From Candidatus Pacearchaeota archaeon (GTDB lineage Archaea; Nanobdellota; Nanobdellia; Pacearchaeales; GW2011-AR1): 64,000 nucleotides of DNA. The stretch spans positions 127,269-191,268 of the forward strand of contig JBNLBP010000001.1 of assembly GCA_050302495.1 (NCBI GenBank), written 5' to 3'. Below are positions 15,814-25,722 of the stretch, one piece after another. A program made the translations under genes and the position numbers. How positions within the stretch are numbered: position 1 is the first letter of the stretch; each line of letters opens with the position of its first letter. The notes under the pieces are model-generated. The model made no database searches. It had not been told where the DNA came from and was given only the letters and a program-made list of their open reading frames with translations.

Positions 15814-15985
15814 ATAATAATAATAATAATAATAAATTATTATATATAACACCCCCACCCCATTACTTCTTATGGAAATATTTAAAAAGAAATTGATTGA
15901 CTTTTTCTTTTTTATTTTATTTAAAAAAATTTATATTATATATTATATATATAATATAAATAATAATAATAATAATAATAATAAT
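15814..15985. repeat. (AAT)n microsatellites (about 7 and 8 units) within the origin AT-rich region
   Basis: aataataataataataat runs at 15814-15836 and 15957-15985. Confidence 0.8.
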
Positions 15986-16146
15986 TGTTCTATTTGGTGA
16001 TTATTTAGAAATTGTTCTCCATAGGAAATAAAGGTGTTTTTATTTCTTAGTGATTATAATCCTTTATATAATAAACTCCGTTTTCTCCGTTGGTTATGTT
16101 CCTTTGGAGGTATTTTCCACAGGAAATAAACGTGTGGGTGTGATAA
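15845..16146. promoter_or_regulatory. predicted chromosomal replication origin (oriC): AT-rich unwinding element flanked by ORB-like dyads, immediately upstream of orc1/cdc6
   Basis: ORB-like elements TCTCCATAGGAAATAAAGGTG (16015-16036) and TTTCCACAGGAAATAAACGTGTGGGTG (16124-16150). A third copy lies on the opposite strand at 15849-15880 (TTTCCATAAGAAG..GGGGTGGGGGTG) with a G-string. A >90% A+T stretch containing an (AAT)8 run sits between the inverted elements (15881-16010). An inverted core TTCCTTTGGA is at 16100. Confidence 0.6.
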
Positions 16147-16148
16147 AG

Positions 16149-17360
16149 ATGGCATTAGATATTGATGGTTTGTTTAACTCTTTTCATAAAGAGGGTATAT
16201 TCAAAGATAAAAGCTTACTACAAATAAACCATAAACCTGAAGAGATTCCTCATAGGGATGAACAGATAAAGCAAATTGTTTCTATTCTGGCTCCTGTACT
16301 TAGGGGTGAGAAACCTAGTAATCTTTTTGTTTATGGTAAAACTGGTACTGGTAAGACTCTTTCTGTTCAATTTGTTCAAGATGAATTAATAAGGAGATTC
16401 TCTAGAGAATCTGATTTTAAGCTTAGAATTGAATATTTAAATTGTAAACTTAAGAAGATTGCTGATACAGAATATAGAATCCTTGCGGAATTAATTAAGA
16501 AACTAGGTGGTGAGGTTCCTGAGACTGGCTTGCCTACTCAGTCTGTTTATGGTAAATTTGTAGATTTAGTAGATACTGAGAAACAATTGATTGTTTTAGT
16601 TTTAGATGAGATCGATCAAACTGTTAAGAAAATTTCTAGTGACTTTCTTTATAACCTTACTAGATTAAACTCCGAATTATCTAAAACTCAAATTTGTGTG
16701 GTGGGTATTAGTAACAATCTTACTTTTTTGGATGAATTAGACCCAAGAGTTAGAAGTTCACTGAGTGAAGAGGAGATAGTTTTTCCCCCATATAATGCTG
16801 TTCAGTTGCAAGAAATTTTGAATAAGCGTTCAAATGTTGCATTTAGGGAAGGTATTGTTGAAGAAGGTGTTATTGCTAAGTGTGCTGCTTTTGCTGCTAG
16901 AGAGCATGGTGATGCTAGAAGAGCATTAGATCTCTTAAGAGTTGCAGGGGAATTGGCTGAAAGAGCGGGTTCTGAAAAAGTTTTACTCGAACATATAGAT
17001 CAGGCCAATGATAAAATAGAAAAGGACAAGATTTTGGATATTGTTGAATCTGAACCTAGGCAATTTCAACTTGTATTATACTCCATTATAAATCTAATTG
17101 AGAAAGATAAAGATCATTCTATATTTACAGGAGATGTTTACAACTATTATCAGGATTTATGTTCTAAGAATCGATCAGAAGTTCTTACTCAAAGAAGAGT
17201 CTCAGATATAATACAAGAATTTGACATGTTAGGTATCATTAATGTAAGAGTTATTTCTAAGGGTAGAGGTGGGAGAATGAGGGAAATAAAGTTAGCTATT
17301 TCAAATAATATATTAAATAAGGTTAAAGAGATCATTGAACACTCTCTTAATTATAGATAA
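16149..17360 (+). CDS. orc1: Orc1/Cdc6 replication initiator
   Basis: AAA+ Walker A GKTGTGKT. Walker B VLVLDEID. C-terminal winged helix. N-terminal MALDIDGLFNSF...INHKPEEIPHRDEQ is typical of Cdc6. The ATG at 16149 is preferred over the track's alternative start at 16050, which would run through the ORB elements. Confidence 0.9.
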   Translation: MALDIDGLFNSFHKEGIFKDKSLLQINHKPEEIPHRDEQIKQIVSILAPVLRGEKPSNLFVYGKTGTGKTLSVQFVQDELIRRFSRESDFKLRIEYLNCKLKKIADTEYRILAELIKKLGGEVPETGLPTQSVYGKFVDLVDTEKQLIVLVLDEIDQTVKKISSDFLYNLTRLNSELSKTQICVVGISNNLTFLDELDPRVRSSLSEEEIVFPPYNAVQLQEILNKRSNVAFREGIVEEGVIAKCAAFAAREHGDARRALDLLRVAGELAERAGSEKVLLEHIDQANDKIEKDKILDIVESEPRQFQLVLYSIINLIEKDKDHSIFTGDVYNYYQDLCSKNRSEVLTQRRVSDIIQEFDMLGIINVRVISKGRGGRMREIKLAISNNILNKVKEIIEHSLNYR

Positions 17361-18940
17361 TGGGTGATGAAATTGTTAAATTTTGTTTTGAAAGGGGCTT
17401 ATTATTAGATAATGAAATACTTGATTTGTTTAGACAGGAGAATGATTTTGAATCGGTCAAATTAGTTATAGAGAAAATAAAGAGTAAAACTCAAGAGAAA
17501 ATAATTACTAGAGATGTTCTATCTGTTAATCAGGAGAAAATAAGACAGGTTTTTTTGGAACTTCCTTATGAAAAACAGAAAATACTTGAGAATTTGAAAA
17601 TAAAGTTGGGTTTGAGCATAGAAATATCTAGAGAGATTAAACAAGAGGTAAGCACTTCTTTTAATTTAGAAGAACCAAGTGTTAAAATTTTTGATTCTCC
17701 TAAGCTTGTTGAGAAGAAGTTAGAAGTTCAGGATTTTACTAAGTATTTTAGGTCTAGATTTGATCAAATGAAGGGGGTTCTTATGACCCATTCCGCTTTG
17801 AATAATCTTGTTTCAATAAATAAGATTTCAGGTAATAGGTCTAATTTTTCCTTGATTGGCATTGTTAGGGATAAAAGTGTTACTAAAAATAAAAATCTTA
17901 TGTTAGAGGTTGAAGATTTTACTGGAAAAATAAAGGTTCTTATTAATCAAAATAAGAAGGAAGTTTATGAAGAAGCACAAGATATTGCTCTTGATTCGGT
18001 GTTAGGGTTTAGTGGTTCAGGGAATAGTGAGATATTTTTTGCTAATGAGGTTATTTTTCCAGATTCTATGCTTCCAGAGAGAAAAAAGGCTTTTGTGGAG
18101 GAATTTGCTCTTTTTATTGGGGATTTACATTTTGGAAGTAAGAGGTTTTTGAGAAAAGGTTTTGAGAATTTTATAAATTATATTAATGGCGATGCTGGTA
18201 ATAGAGATGAAGTAATGAAGATAAAATATCTTTTTTTAGTGGGAGATGTTGTTACGGGTGTTGGAAATTATCCTAATCAAGAGCCTGATTTAGAAATAAA
18301 TGATCTTGAGGAACAGTTTACTCAATTGGCAGGCTTGTTGGGGAGGATAAGAAAAGATATTAAGATTATTATTTCTCCTGGAAATCATGATGGTGTTAGA
18401 ATTATGGAACCTCAACCCTTACTCAATGAAAAATATGCTTGGCCTCTCTTTGATATGGATAATGTGATTATGACTACAAACCCTTGCAATGTTAATATTG
18501 CTTCAAGGGAAGGATTTTCTGGTTGGGATATTTTGACTTATCATGGTTTTTCATTTCCTTATTATGCTGGAAATATACCTTCTTTAATAAAAAAGAAGGC
18601 TATGAATTCCCCTGAAGAAATTATGAAATTTTTACTCAAGAATAGACATCTTGCTCCAACCCATGGTTCTACCCAGTATTATCCTTTAGAAGAAGATTCT
18701 TTGTTTATAAAAAAGGTCCCAGATATATTGGTTTCTGGACATACTCATAAAGCAGGTATTGTTTACTATAATAATATCCTAATTATTTCAGTTGCTTGTT
18801 GGGAAGGGATGACTCCTTATCAGGAGAAGTTTGGTAATAAACCGGATCATTGTAAGGTTCCAATGGTTAATCTTAAGACAAGGTCTGTTAAAATTCTTGA
18901 TTTTGAGGATCTTGAAGAGACTGAAGAGAAAAGCGTTTAA
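17360..18940 (+). CDS. DNA polymerase D small subunit (DP1, 3'-5' exonuclease, calcineurin-like phosphoesterase)
   Basis: MPP motifs GDLHFGS, GNHD and GHTH with an N-terminal OB-like region. 1-nt overlap with the orc1 stop. Confidence 0.88.
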   Translation: MGDEIVKFCFERGLLLDNEILDLFRQENDFESVKLVIEKIKSKTQEKIITRDVLSVNQEKIRQVFLELPYEKQKILENLKIKLGLSIEISREIKQEVSTSFNLEEPSVKIFDSPKLVEKKLEVQDFTKYFRSRFDQMKGVLMTHSALNNLVSINKISGNRSNFSLIGIVRDKSVTKNKNLMLEVEDFTGKIKVLINQNKKEVYEEAQDIALDSVLGFSGSGNSEIFFANEVIFPDSMLPERKKAFVEEFALFIGDLHFGSKRFLRKGFENFINYINGDAGNRDEVMKIKYLFLVGDVVTGVGNYPNQEPDLEINDLEEQFTQLAGLLGRIRKDIKIIISPGNHDGVRIMEPQPLLNEKYAWPLFDMDNVIMTTNPCNVNIASREGFSGWDILTYHGFSFPYYAGNIPSLIKKKAMNSPEEIMKFLLKNRHLAPTHGSTQYYPLEEDSLFIKKVPDILVSGHTHKAGIVYYNNILIISVACWEGMTPYQEKFGNKPDHCKVPMVNLKTRSVKILDFEDLEETEEKSV

Positions 18941-18995
18941 TTATATGTTTTAGATAACATATTAGTATTAAAATGGAAAAATATTTTGATTAAAA

Positions 18996-19595
18996 ATGGT
19001 AGAAAAATTGAAAATAGGTATAGATATTGATGATGTTGTTGCAGAATTTTTTAAACCCTATTTGGAATTTCATAATTCTAAGTTCAATACCTCTCATGAT
19101 TTTGAAGATATTACAAATCCTTTTATTTGGGAACAACTGGGTTTTAGTGTAGAAGAGATGCAACCTCATTTTGAAGATTTTGAAAAGAATTCAACCCCTG
19201 TGAAAGATTTTCCTTTGGTTGAACATTCTAAGGAAGCAATAGATGAATTGGCAGAGACTTGTGACATTTTTATTATTAGTTCAAGACCCAATAAACTTTT
19301 TGATGAAACTGTTTTATTTTTTGAAAAGAATTTTCCTGGAAATAATTTTGAAATTATTTTTTCAGGAGAGATCCATGATGAGGATAAACGTAATTTATCG
19401 AAGCATGAGATATGTAATAATTTGGGTATAAATGTTATGGTTGAGGATAATCCTACTTATGCTTTTGAGTGTGCAAGAAATGGGATAAAGACTTTTTTGA
19501 TAGACCGGCCTTGGAATAGGGTTTTTGAGGAACATGATAACATAATAAAAGTTAATGGTTGGAAAGAGGTGTTGGATCACTTAAATGATAAATGA
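18996..19595 (+). CDS. 5'(3')-deoxyribonucleotidase-like HAD phosphatase
   Basis: N-terminal KIGIDIDDVVAEF (DxDxV motif), typical of the NT5C family. Confidence 0.6.
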   Translation: MVEKLKIGIDIDDVVAEFFKPYLEFHNSKFNTSHDFEDITNPFIWEQLGFSVEEMQPHFEDFEKNSTPVKDFPLVEHSKEAIDELAETCDIFIISSRPNKLFDETVLFFEKNFPGNNFEIIFSGEIHDEDKRNLSKHEICNNLGINVMVEDNPTYAFECARNGIKTFLIDRPWNRVFEEHDNIIKVNGWKEVLDHLNDK

Positions 19596-19917
19596 TAAAG
19601 GTGAATTAGTTATGGAATTGATGCATGAAGAGGAAAAGAAGGAAATTTTGAAGATAGGTCTTGTTTATAATGTTCAGGTTGGAGAAAGTAGTGTAAGGTC
19701 AGGTATTTTGACTAGTAAAAATAGAAATGATCTTTATAAAATTCTTGTAAATAGTTTACCTGCAGATAGGATGAATGATCCCCGGATTTATCCTTTTAGA
19801 GAATATTCTTTTGAAAATGATTTGTTGAAAATTCGTTGTTCTTCTGGACCTGAAATTATTTCAAAATATTCTAAGAAATATAGGGAGCTTAAACCGTTTT
19901 TAGAGAAATTAGAATGA
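19585..19917 (+). CDS. hypothetical protein (110 aa)
   Basis: Track ORF overlapping both neighbours by a few nt. No motif. Confidence 0.35.
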   Translation: MINDKGELVMELMHEEEKKEILKIGLVYNVQVGESSVRSGILTSKNRNDLYKILVNSLPADRMNDPRIYPFREYSFENDLLKIRCSSGPEIISKYSKKYRELKPFLEKLE

Positions 19918-22900
19918 AAACTGAAACATATTTTGAAAATTTGAAGAAAGAAGTTGATAAGGTTTATGTAGTAGCAAATGAAGCTAGAAGAAAGGGTTTT
20001 GACCCTGTTGATGAAGTCGAGATACCTTTGGCTATGAATATGGCTGAGAAGGTTGTAGGTATTATTTCTACAGTTTACCCTCAAATGTTGAATTCGGGAA
20101 TATCTAAAAGAATTGTTGAGCTTGAGAAACAATTTGGAAAACTTGATGCTACTGTCTCATTTAAAATTGCGGAAGAAGTTGCAAAACAGAAATTTTGTAA
20201 GTTTGAAAATACTCTTGAAGCAATGGATGCGGGTATACGTGTTGGTTTTGGTTATCAGACAATAGGTGTTGTATCTTCCCCAATTGAAGGATTTACTGGG
20301 TTGAAGGTTCGACATACTAAAGATGGGAAAGAGTATATTGAAGCAAGTTTTTCTGGACCTATTCGTTCGGCTGGAACGACGGCTTCTTGTATTGTTTTGA
20401 TGATTATTGATTTTTTGAGGGAGACTTTTGGTTATGCGAAGTATGATCCTACTGATGATGAAATTAAGAGGGTTTGGACCGAATTAGAGCATTTCCATGA
20501 CCGTATAACTAATTTGCAGGGAATGCCTACAGAAGCGGAAGCATTGTTTTTAGCTGAGAGAATGCCTATACAGGTTGCAGGTGATGCTTCTGAAAGAATT
20601 GAAGTTCCAAATTATAAAAATCTTGAAAGGGTTGATACCGATTTTTTGAGGAGTGGTTTTTGTTTGATTATGGCTGAAGGGTTATCTCAGAAAGCAAAGA
20701 AGGGTTTTAGATTGTATACTAATGCTAAGAAAAATGGAGTAAACATGACTGGTTTTGATTGGCTGGATGAATATCTCGTCTTACAGGAGAAGATTAGTAA
20801 AGGTAAGACCAAATCTGTTAATTCTGTTCCGCCTTATATTAGAGATTTGGTTGCAGGTAGACCTGTATTTGGCCATCCATCGCGAAGTGGAAGTTTTAGA
20901 TTTAGATATGGTAGAGGAAGAAATTCTGGGTTCTCTGCTGCTTCAGTACATCCTGCTACTATGGCAATATCTGATAATTTTATTGCTGTAGGGACTCAAT
21001 TGAAAATAGAGAAACCAACAAAGGGTTGCGCAATAAGTTCTTGTGACTCAATTGATGGCCCTATTATAAAATTATTTAATGGAAGTGTAAAGAAACTCCA
21101 TAATCAACAGGAAGCTAAGCAATATTATCCTGATACAGAAGAAATAATTTATTTTGGAGATATTCTCTTCCCTTTTAGTGATGTTTTGAATAGAAATTAT
21201 AATTTGCTTAAACCTGGTTATGTTGAAGAATGGTGGGAATTGGAGTTGAAAGAGAAAAATCCTTTAGAAGAATATCATGGTTTTAATCTAAAAATTGATG
21301 AAGCAATTAATTTGAGTAAAAAATATGGTGTTGCATTGAATCCTAAATTTATTTTTTATTGGACTCAGATTTCTAAAGAGCATTTTAGGGGGTTGATTGA
21401 TTGGCTGAAATATTCTAAGGTTGATGGAAAAATTATTTTGCCTTACGAAAAGAATAGCAATGAAAAATTTATTTTTGGAAAGAGGGCTTTGGAACTTTTA
21501 GGTATTGAGCATGATGTCACATTAGAACATGTTGTTTTATCTGAATTGAATTCAAAGGCTTTACTGGTGAACCTTGGTTTGAATCTTGATGTTCATTTAT
21601 CTAGAACTTTGAAAGAAGAAATAGATGGTTTGGAGAAAAAGATTAACTTTGATAGCGAAAATATTTTGGAAGAAATTAATAAAGTTTCAGAATTTTTAAT
21701 AAAAGATAAAGCTGGAGATTTTGTGGGTGCACGGATGGGTCGTCCAGAAAAAGCAAAATTGAGAAAACTGACCGGTAGTCCAAATATTCTTTTTCCGGTG
21801 GGTAATGAAGGAGGGAGATTAAGGAGTTTACAAGCCGCTTGTGAAATTGGTAAAGTTTTTAGTTCGTTTCCATTAAATTATTGTGAGAAATGTGCTAAAG
21901 AGACTATTTACCCTAAGTGTGAAACTTGTGGTGAAAAAATCAGGGAGCAATTTTATTTTCCACGTCTTAAGGAGAAGAGTTTTTCAAAAGAGATAGAAGG
22001 TTCGGATAGACCTGGTATGAGGTATTCAGGTAGATCTATTGATATTAATCACTATTATTCTAATGCTTTGGAGCTTTTAAAAATGGATAAGAATGAAGCA
22101 CCCGTTTTGATAAAAGGTATAAGGGGTATGAGTTCAGAAGGTAAGGAAACAGAACATTTGGTTAAGGGTATTTTAAGGGCCAAATATGGTTTGCAAGTAA
22201 ATAAGGATGGTACCATAAGGGTTGATGGGACTGAGTTGCCCGTTACGCATTTTAAACCAAAAGAAGTTTCAGTTAGTGTTGAGAAATTGAAAGAAATTGG
22301 ATATGATTTTGATATATATGGTAAACCTCTTGAGAATGAAAATCAAATCTTGGAAATAATGCCTCATGATGTTATTTTGCCTTGTAGTCCTGATTCTCTT
22401 GATGAGAAATGTGATGATGTTTTTTCTAAAGTTTCTAATTTTGTTGATGAGCTTTTGACTAAATTTTATGGTGTTGGTAATTTTTATAATGTGAAGAAAA
22501 GAGAAGATCTTGTGGGAAAATTGGGTGTTTTTATGGCACCTCACAATTGTGCAGGAGTTGTTTGTAGGTTTATTGGTTTTTCAAAAACCCAAGGGCTTTT
22601 GGCTAGCCCTTATATGCATGCTGCAGTTAGAAGAGATTGTGATGGAGATGAGGCTGCAGTTATGTTGTTGGGTGATGTTTTATTGAATTTCTCAAGAAAA
22701 TTCTTGCCAAGTCATAGGGGAGGTACTCAAGATGCTCCTTTGGTTTTGAATGCTAGGATTGATGCTGGAGAGGTTGATGATCAAATCTTGGATTTTGAAG
22801 CAACACCTGAAGGTCATTACCCTTTATCTTTGTATAAACTTGCAGAACAAGGAAATCATTCAAGTGAAGCTAAAGATGTTGTAATTGTTAAAACTGTTTT

Positions 22901-23396
22901 GAAAGAAGGAAGAGATCCTTTCCGTAATTTGGGTTTTACCCATGATACTTCTGATTTCAATGAAGCAGTTTTATGTTCTTCATATAAATTATTAGCAACT
23001 ATGCAGGATAAAGTTCAACACCAGATGGAATTGGTTGAGAAGCTAAGGAGTGTTGATACTTCTGATACTGCAAGATTGATTATTGAAAGACATTTCATTA
23101 GAGATTTAAGAGGTAATTTAAGAAAATTCTCTCAACAAGAGTTTAGATGCGTTGCTTGTAATGAAATAATAAGAAGGCCTCCTTTGAAAGGGGTTTGTAG
23201 TTCTTGTGGTGGAAAATTGATTTTTACAATTCACGAAGGGGGTATTAAGAAATATCTCGAACCTGCACTAGATTTAGCAAAAAAATATAATTTGTCAACT
23301 TATTTACAACAGAATTTGGAATTGGTTAAGGGCTATATTGATAGTATCTTTGGGAAAGAATTGGAAAAACAAGAGAATATTAGTAAATGGTTTTAG
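19914..23396 (+). CDS. DNA polymerase D large subunit (DP2)
   Basis: 1160 aa. Conserved DP2 blocks and C-terminal Zn-binding CxxC pairs (CVACN...CSSCGG). No intein-sized insertion. Confidence 0.9.
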   Translation: MKTETYFENLKKEVDKVYVVANEARRKGFDPVDEVEIPLAMNMAEKVVGIISTVYPQMLNSGISKRIVELEKQFGKLDATVSFKIAEEVAKQKFCKFENTLEAMDAGIRVGFGYQTIGVVSSPIEGFTGLKVRHTKDGKEYIEASFSGPIRSAGTTASCIVLMIIDFLRETFGYAKYDPTDDEIKRVWTELEHFHDRITNLQGMPTEAEALFLAERMPIQVAGDASERIEVPNYKNLERVDTDFLRSGFCLIMAEGLSQKAKKGFRLYTNAKKNGVNMTGFDWLDEYLVLQEKISKGKTKSVNSVPPYIRDLVAGRPVFGHPSRSGSFRFRYGRGRNSGFSAASVHPATMAISDNFIAVGTQLKIEKPTKGCAISSCDSIDGPIIKLFNGSVKKLHNQQEAKQYYPDTEEIIYFGDILFPFSDVLNRNYNLLKPGYVEEWWELELKEKNPLEEYHGFNLKIDEAINLSKKYGVALNPKFIFYWTQISKEHFRGLIDWLKYSKVDGKIILPYEKNSNEKFIFGKRALELLGIEHDVTLEHVVLSELNSKALLVNLGLNLDVHLSRTLKEEIDGLEKKINFDSENILEEINKVSEFLIKDKAGDFVGARMGRPEKAKLRKLTGSPNILFPVGNEGGRLRSLQAACEIGKVFSSFPLNYCEKCAKETIYPKCETCGEKIREQFYFPRLKEKSFSKEIEGSDRPGMRYSGRSIDINHYYSNALELLKMDKNEAPVLIKGIRGMSSEGKETEHLVKGILRAKYGLQVNKDGTIRVDGTELPVTHFKPKEVSVSVEKLKEIGYDFDIYGKPLENENQILEIMPHDVILPCSPDSLDEKCDDVFSKVSNFVDELLTKFYGVGNFYNVKKREDLVGKLGVFMAPHNCAGVVCRFIGFSKTQGLLASPYMHAAVRRDCDGDEAAVMLLGDVLLNFSRKFLPSHRGGTQDAPLVLNARIDAGEVDDQILDFEATPEGHYPLSLYKLAEQGNHSSEAKDVVIVKTVLKEGRDPFRNLGFTHDTSDFNEAVLCSSYKLLATMQDKVQHQMELVEKLRSVDTSDTARLIIERHFIRDLRGNLRKFSQQEFRCVACNEIIRRPPLKGVCSSCGGKLIFTIHEGGIKKYLEPALDLAKKYNLSTYLQQNLELVKGYIDSIFGKELEKQENISKWF

Positions 23397-24601
23397 AATA
23401 GATAGAATAAAATTACAGGAATTAATAAACATCCCATCATGTTGGTCCTTCTTACTTTTGTTTCTATGCAGTAAATTCCAGTTAAAGTTGATATTATTAG
23501 TATGAATAATCCTGGAAGTTTTGATACACTAATTGTTATTAGGGTAATTATTCCTAAAATTATGTAAGAAATTCTAGCGTAGTTTATTTTTGGAATTAAT
23601 TTTGAAGCTTTTTTTGCAAGTAGTTTTGTAATGTAGTATGAAATAATTCCTGATATAAGAATGACTACAATTATTAGAATAATATATTTTGTTTGGAGTG
23701 TTTGTCCAACTATTTCTTTTATTGCAGATGCAGCACCCGTACGGGTTTTTGATATGAAATATAACGACAAAAATGAAAATCCCATAACAATTGTATTTGT
23801 TGCCCCTAAAAGAAATAAGAATTCTTTTTTATCTCGATTTCTTTTTGGATTGGAGATTGTTTGTCCTATGATTGCTGCTTGTCCGGATCCCAGTCCTGGA
23901 AGTAAGCTACATAAAGGGGATGCAATTGCAGATCCTATTAAGGGTCTAAGGATTTTAACTTTGGGGTTTTCTATTTTTTGAGGAGGGATTTTTGTTTTGT
24001 TTTTTATACTTAGTATTATTGATGAGCTTCCAAATAATCCAGTGAGCAATGGCAAAAGTGGTTGGTTTATTGCATTTTCAGGAAAATTTAACACAATATA
24101 TCCTAAAATTCCTGTTAGTATGAATACTAGAGAGGCTTTTCCTTTTTTGCTTTCAGAAGAGATTAGAGATAGAGAGGTTATAATTAAAATTAGGGGGATA
24201 AGTTGAGATATAGGATCATAATATTTATCTAAAAATAGTCCAAAAGGTATGGCCAATATTATTACTACAAATATTGCTGCAATACTTCCTTTGTTTGCAA
24301 GCATTATTGCTTGGTATCCATGGCCTTCTTTTAGTAGCTCATGACCTGGAAGAATAGATAATTCTGTGTCTGTGTCTGGACATCCTAAGAAGATTGAGGG
24401 TATAAAATCAATGAAGGTATGAGTTATTGCCATTGAAGTTACTAAAACAATAAGATAAACTTGGGGAACATTTAACAAAAATCCGGTTGATAGAGATATG
24501 ATTATTGCTCCAATTAAGTTTGTATGTATTCCTGGTGTTAATCCAGTTAAGGTACCAATTATTATTCCAATAATTAATACAATAATTATTTCAATTAGCA
24601 T
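23393..24601 (-). CDS. TctA-family (DUF112) tripartite tricarboxylate transporter-like membrane protein
   Basis: Polytopic. The LTGLTPGIHTNLIGAIIISL pattern resembles the DUF112 repeat. Assignment is from pattern memory only. Confidence 0.55.
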   Translation of the reverse strand: MLIEIIIVLIIGIIIGTLTGLTPGIHTNLIGAIIISLSTGFLLNVPQVYLIVLVTSMAITHTFIDFIPSIFLGCPDTDTELSILPGHELLKEGHGYQAIMLANKGSIAAIFVVIILAIPFGLFLDKYYDPISQLIPLILIITSLSLISSESKKGKASLVFILTGILGYIVLNFPENAINQPLLPLLTGLFGSSSIILSIKNKTKIPPQKIENPKVKILRPLIGSAIASPLCSLLPGLGSGQAAIIGQTISNPKRNRDKKEFLFLLGATNTIVMGFSFLSLYFISKTRTGAASAIKEIVGQTLQTKYIILIIVVILISGIISYYITKLLAKKASKLIPKINYARISYIILGIITLITISVSKLPGLFILIISTLTGIYCIETKVRRTNMMGCLLIPVILFYLF

Positions 24602-24642
24602 TTATTGATACTTTTATAAATTATATAACTTTTATTGTGATT

Positions 24643-25722
24643 ATGGATATTAAAGAAAAAATAGCTCTTGTTAAAGAAGTTGGAGAAGAAATTGTTAATG
24701 AAGAGGATCTTAGATCTCTTTTATCAAAGAAAAAGAATCCTATTGCTTATGATGGTTTTGAACCCTCAGGAAAAATTCATATTGCTCAAGGTTTACTTCG
24801 GGCAATAAATGTTAATAAGTTGACTTCAGCAGGTATAAAATTTAGGTTTTGGGTTGCTGATTGGTTTGGGATGTTGAATAATAAGATGGGTGGCGATCTT
24901 AAGAAAATCAAGGTTGTTGGAGATTATTTTATTGAAGTTTGGAAGGCTTGTGGAATGAATTTAGATAATGTGGAATTTGTTTGGGCTTCCGATTTCATAA
25001 AACAACATCCTGAATATTGGGAAACCGTTTTGAAATTATCTATGAATGCTACTGTTCAAAGAGTCTTAAGATGTGGTCAGATTATGGGTAGGGAAGACTC
25101 CATTTCTAATCCGGCCTCTCAAATATTATACCCTTTAATGCAAGCAGCGGATATTCATCATCTTGGAGCAGACATTGCCCAATTGGGTATGGATCAGAGA
25201 AAGGTTAATATGCTTGCAAGGGATATTTTTCCTAAATTGGGATTACAACCTCCAGTTGTTGTTAGTCACCATATGCTTATGGGTTTGACTGAACCTCCTA
25301 AAACAGATCTTAGCGGGGTTGATGCGGCAATATCTAAAAAGATGAGCAAGTCAAATCCTAATTCTGCGATATTTATGACCGATAGTGAAGAAGAGGTGAA
25401 GAAGAAGTTTAAGAAAGCTTATTGTCCAGAAGGTAAGGTTGAAGATAATCCTATTTTGGAATATTTCAAGTACATTATCTTTGAAAAATTTGATAATATT
25501 GAAATTGAAAGATCTGAAAAATTTGGAGGTAATTTAGAAATTAATTCTTATGCGGATCTTGAAAAATTATTTTCTGGTAAGAAAATACACCCTCTTGATT
25601 TGAAAAATAGTTGTGCAAAATATATTAATTTGCTTTTGGGCCCGGTTAGAGATCATTTTTCTAAGAATAAACGAGCTAAATCTCTTTTAGAGAAAGTTAA
25701 TGGTTTTAATGTTACTCGATAG
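24643..25722 (+). CDS. tyrS: tyrosyl-tRNA synthetase (archaeal type)
   Basis: Class I motifs GFEPSGKIHIAQG (HIGH-type) and KMSKS. C-terminal KKAYCPEGKVEDNPI...FGGNLEINSYADLEKLF...HPLDLKN closely follows archaeal TyrRS. Confidence 0.88.
   Translation: MDIKEKIALVKEVGEEIVNEEDLRSLLSKKKNPIAYDGFEPSGKIHIAQGLLRAINVNKLTSAGIKFRFWVADWFGMLNNKMGGDLKKIKVVGDYFIEVWKACGMNLDNVEFVWASDFIKQHPEYWETVLKLSMNATVQRVLRCGQIMGREDSISNPASQILYPLMQAADIHHLGADIAQLGMDQRKVNMLARDIFPKLGLQPPVVVSHHMLMGLTEPPKTDLSGVDAAISKKMSKSNPNSAIFMTDSEEEVKKKFKKAYCPEGKVEDNPILEYFKYIIFEKFDNIEIERSEKFGGNLEINSYADLEKLFSGKKIHPLDLKNSCAKYINLLLGPVRDHFSKNKRAKSLLEKVNGFNVTR

Noticed and set aside
16050-16148. N-terminal 33 codons of the track ORF for orc1 (MIIILYIINSVF...)
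   Set aside because: Starts at a non-ATG codon and would translate through the ORB elements. The conserved Cdc6 N-terminus begins at ATG 16149.
19914-23396. Intein in DNA polymerase D large subunit (also checked RadA and Orc1)
   Set aside because: Protein lengths (1160, 329, 403 aa) and continuous conserved blocks leave no room for an intein-sized insertion. No intein splicing or endonuclease motifs seen.
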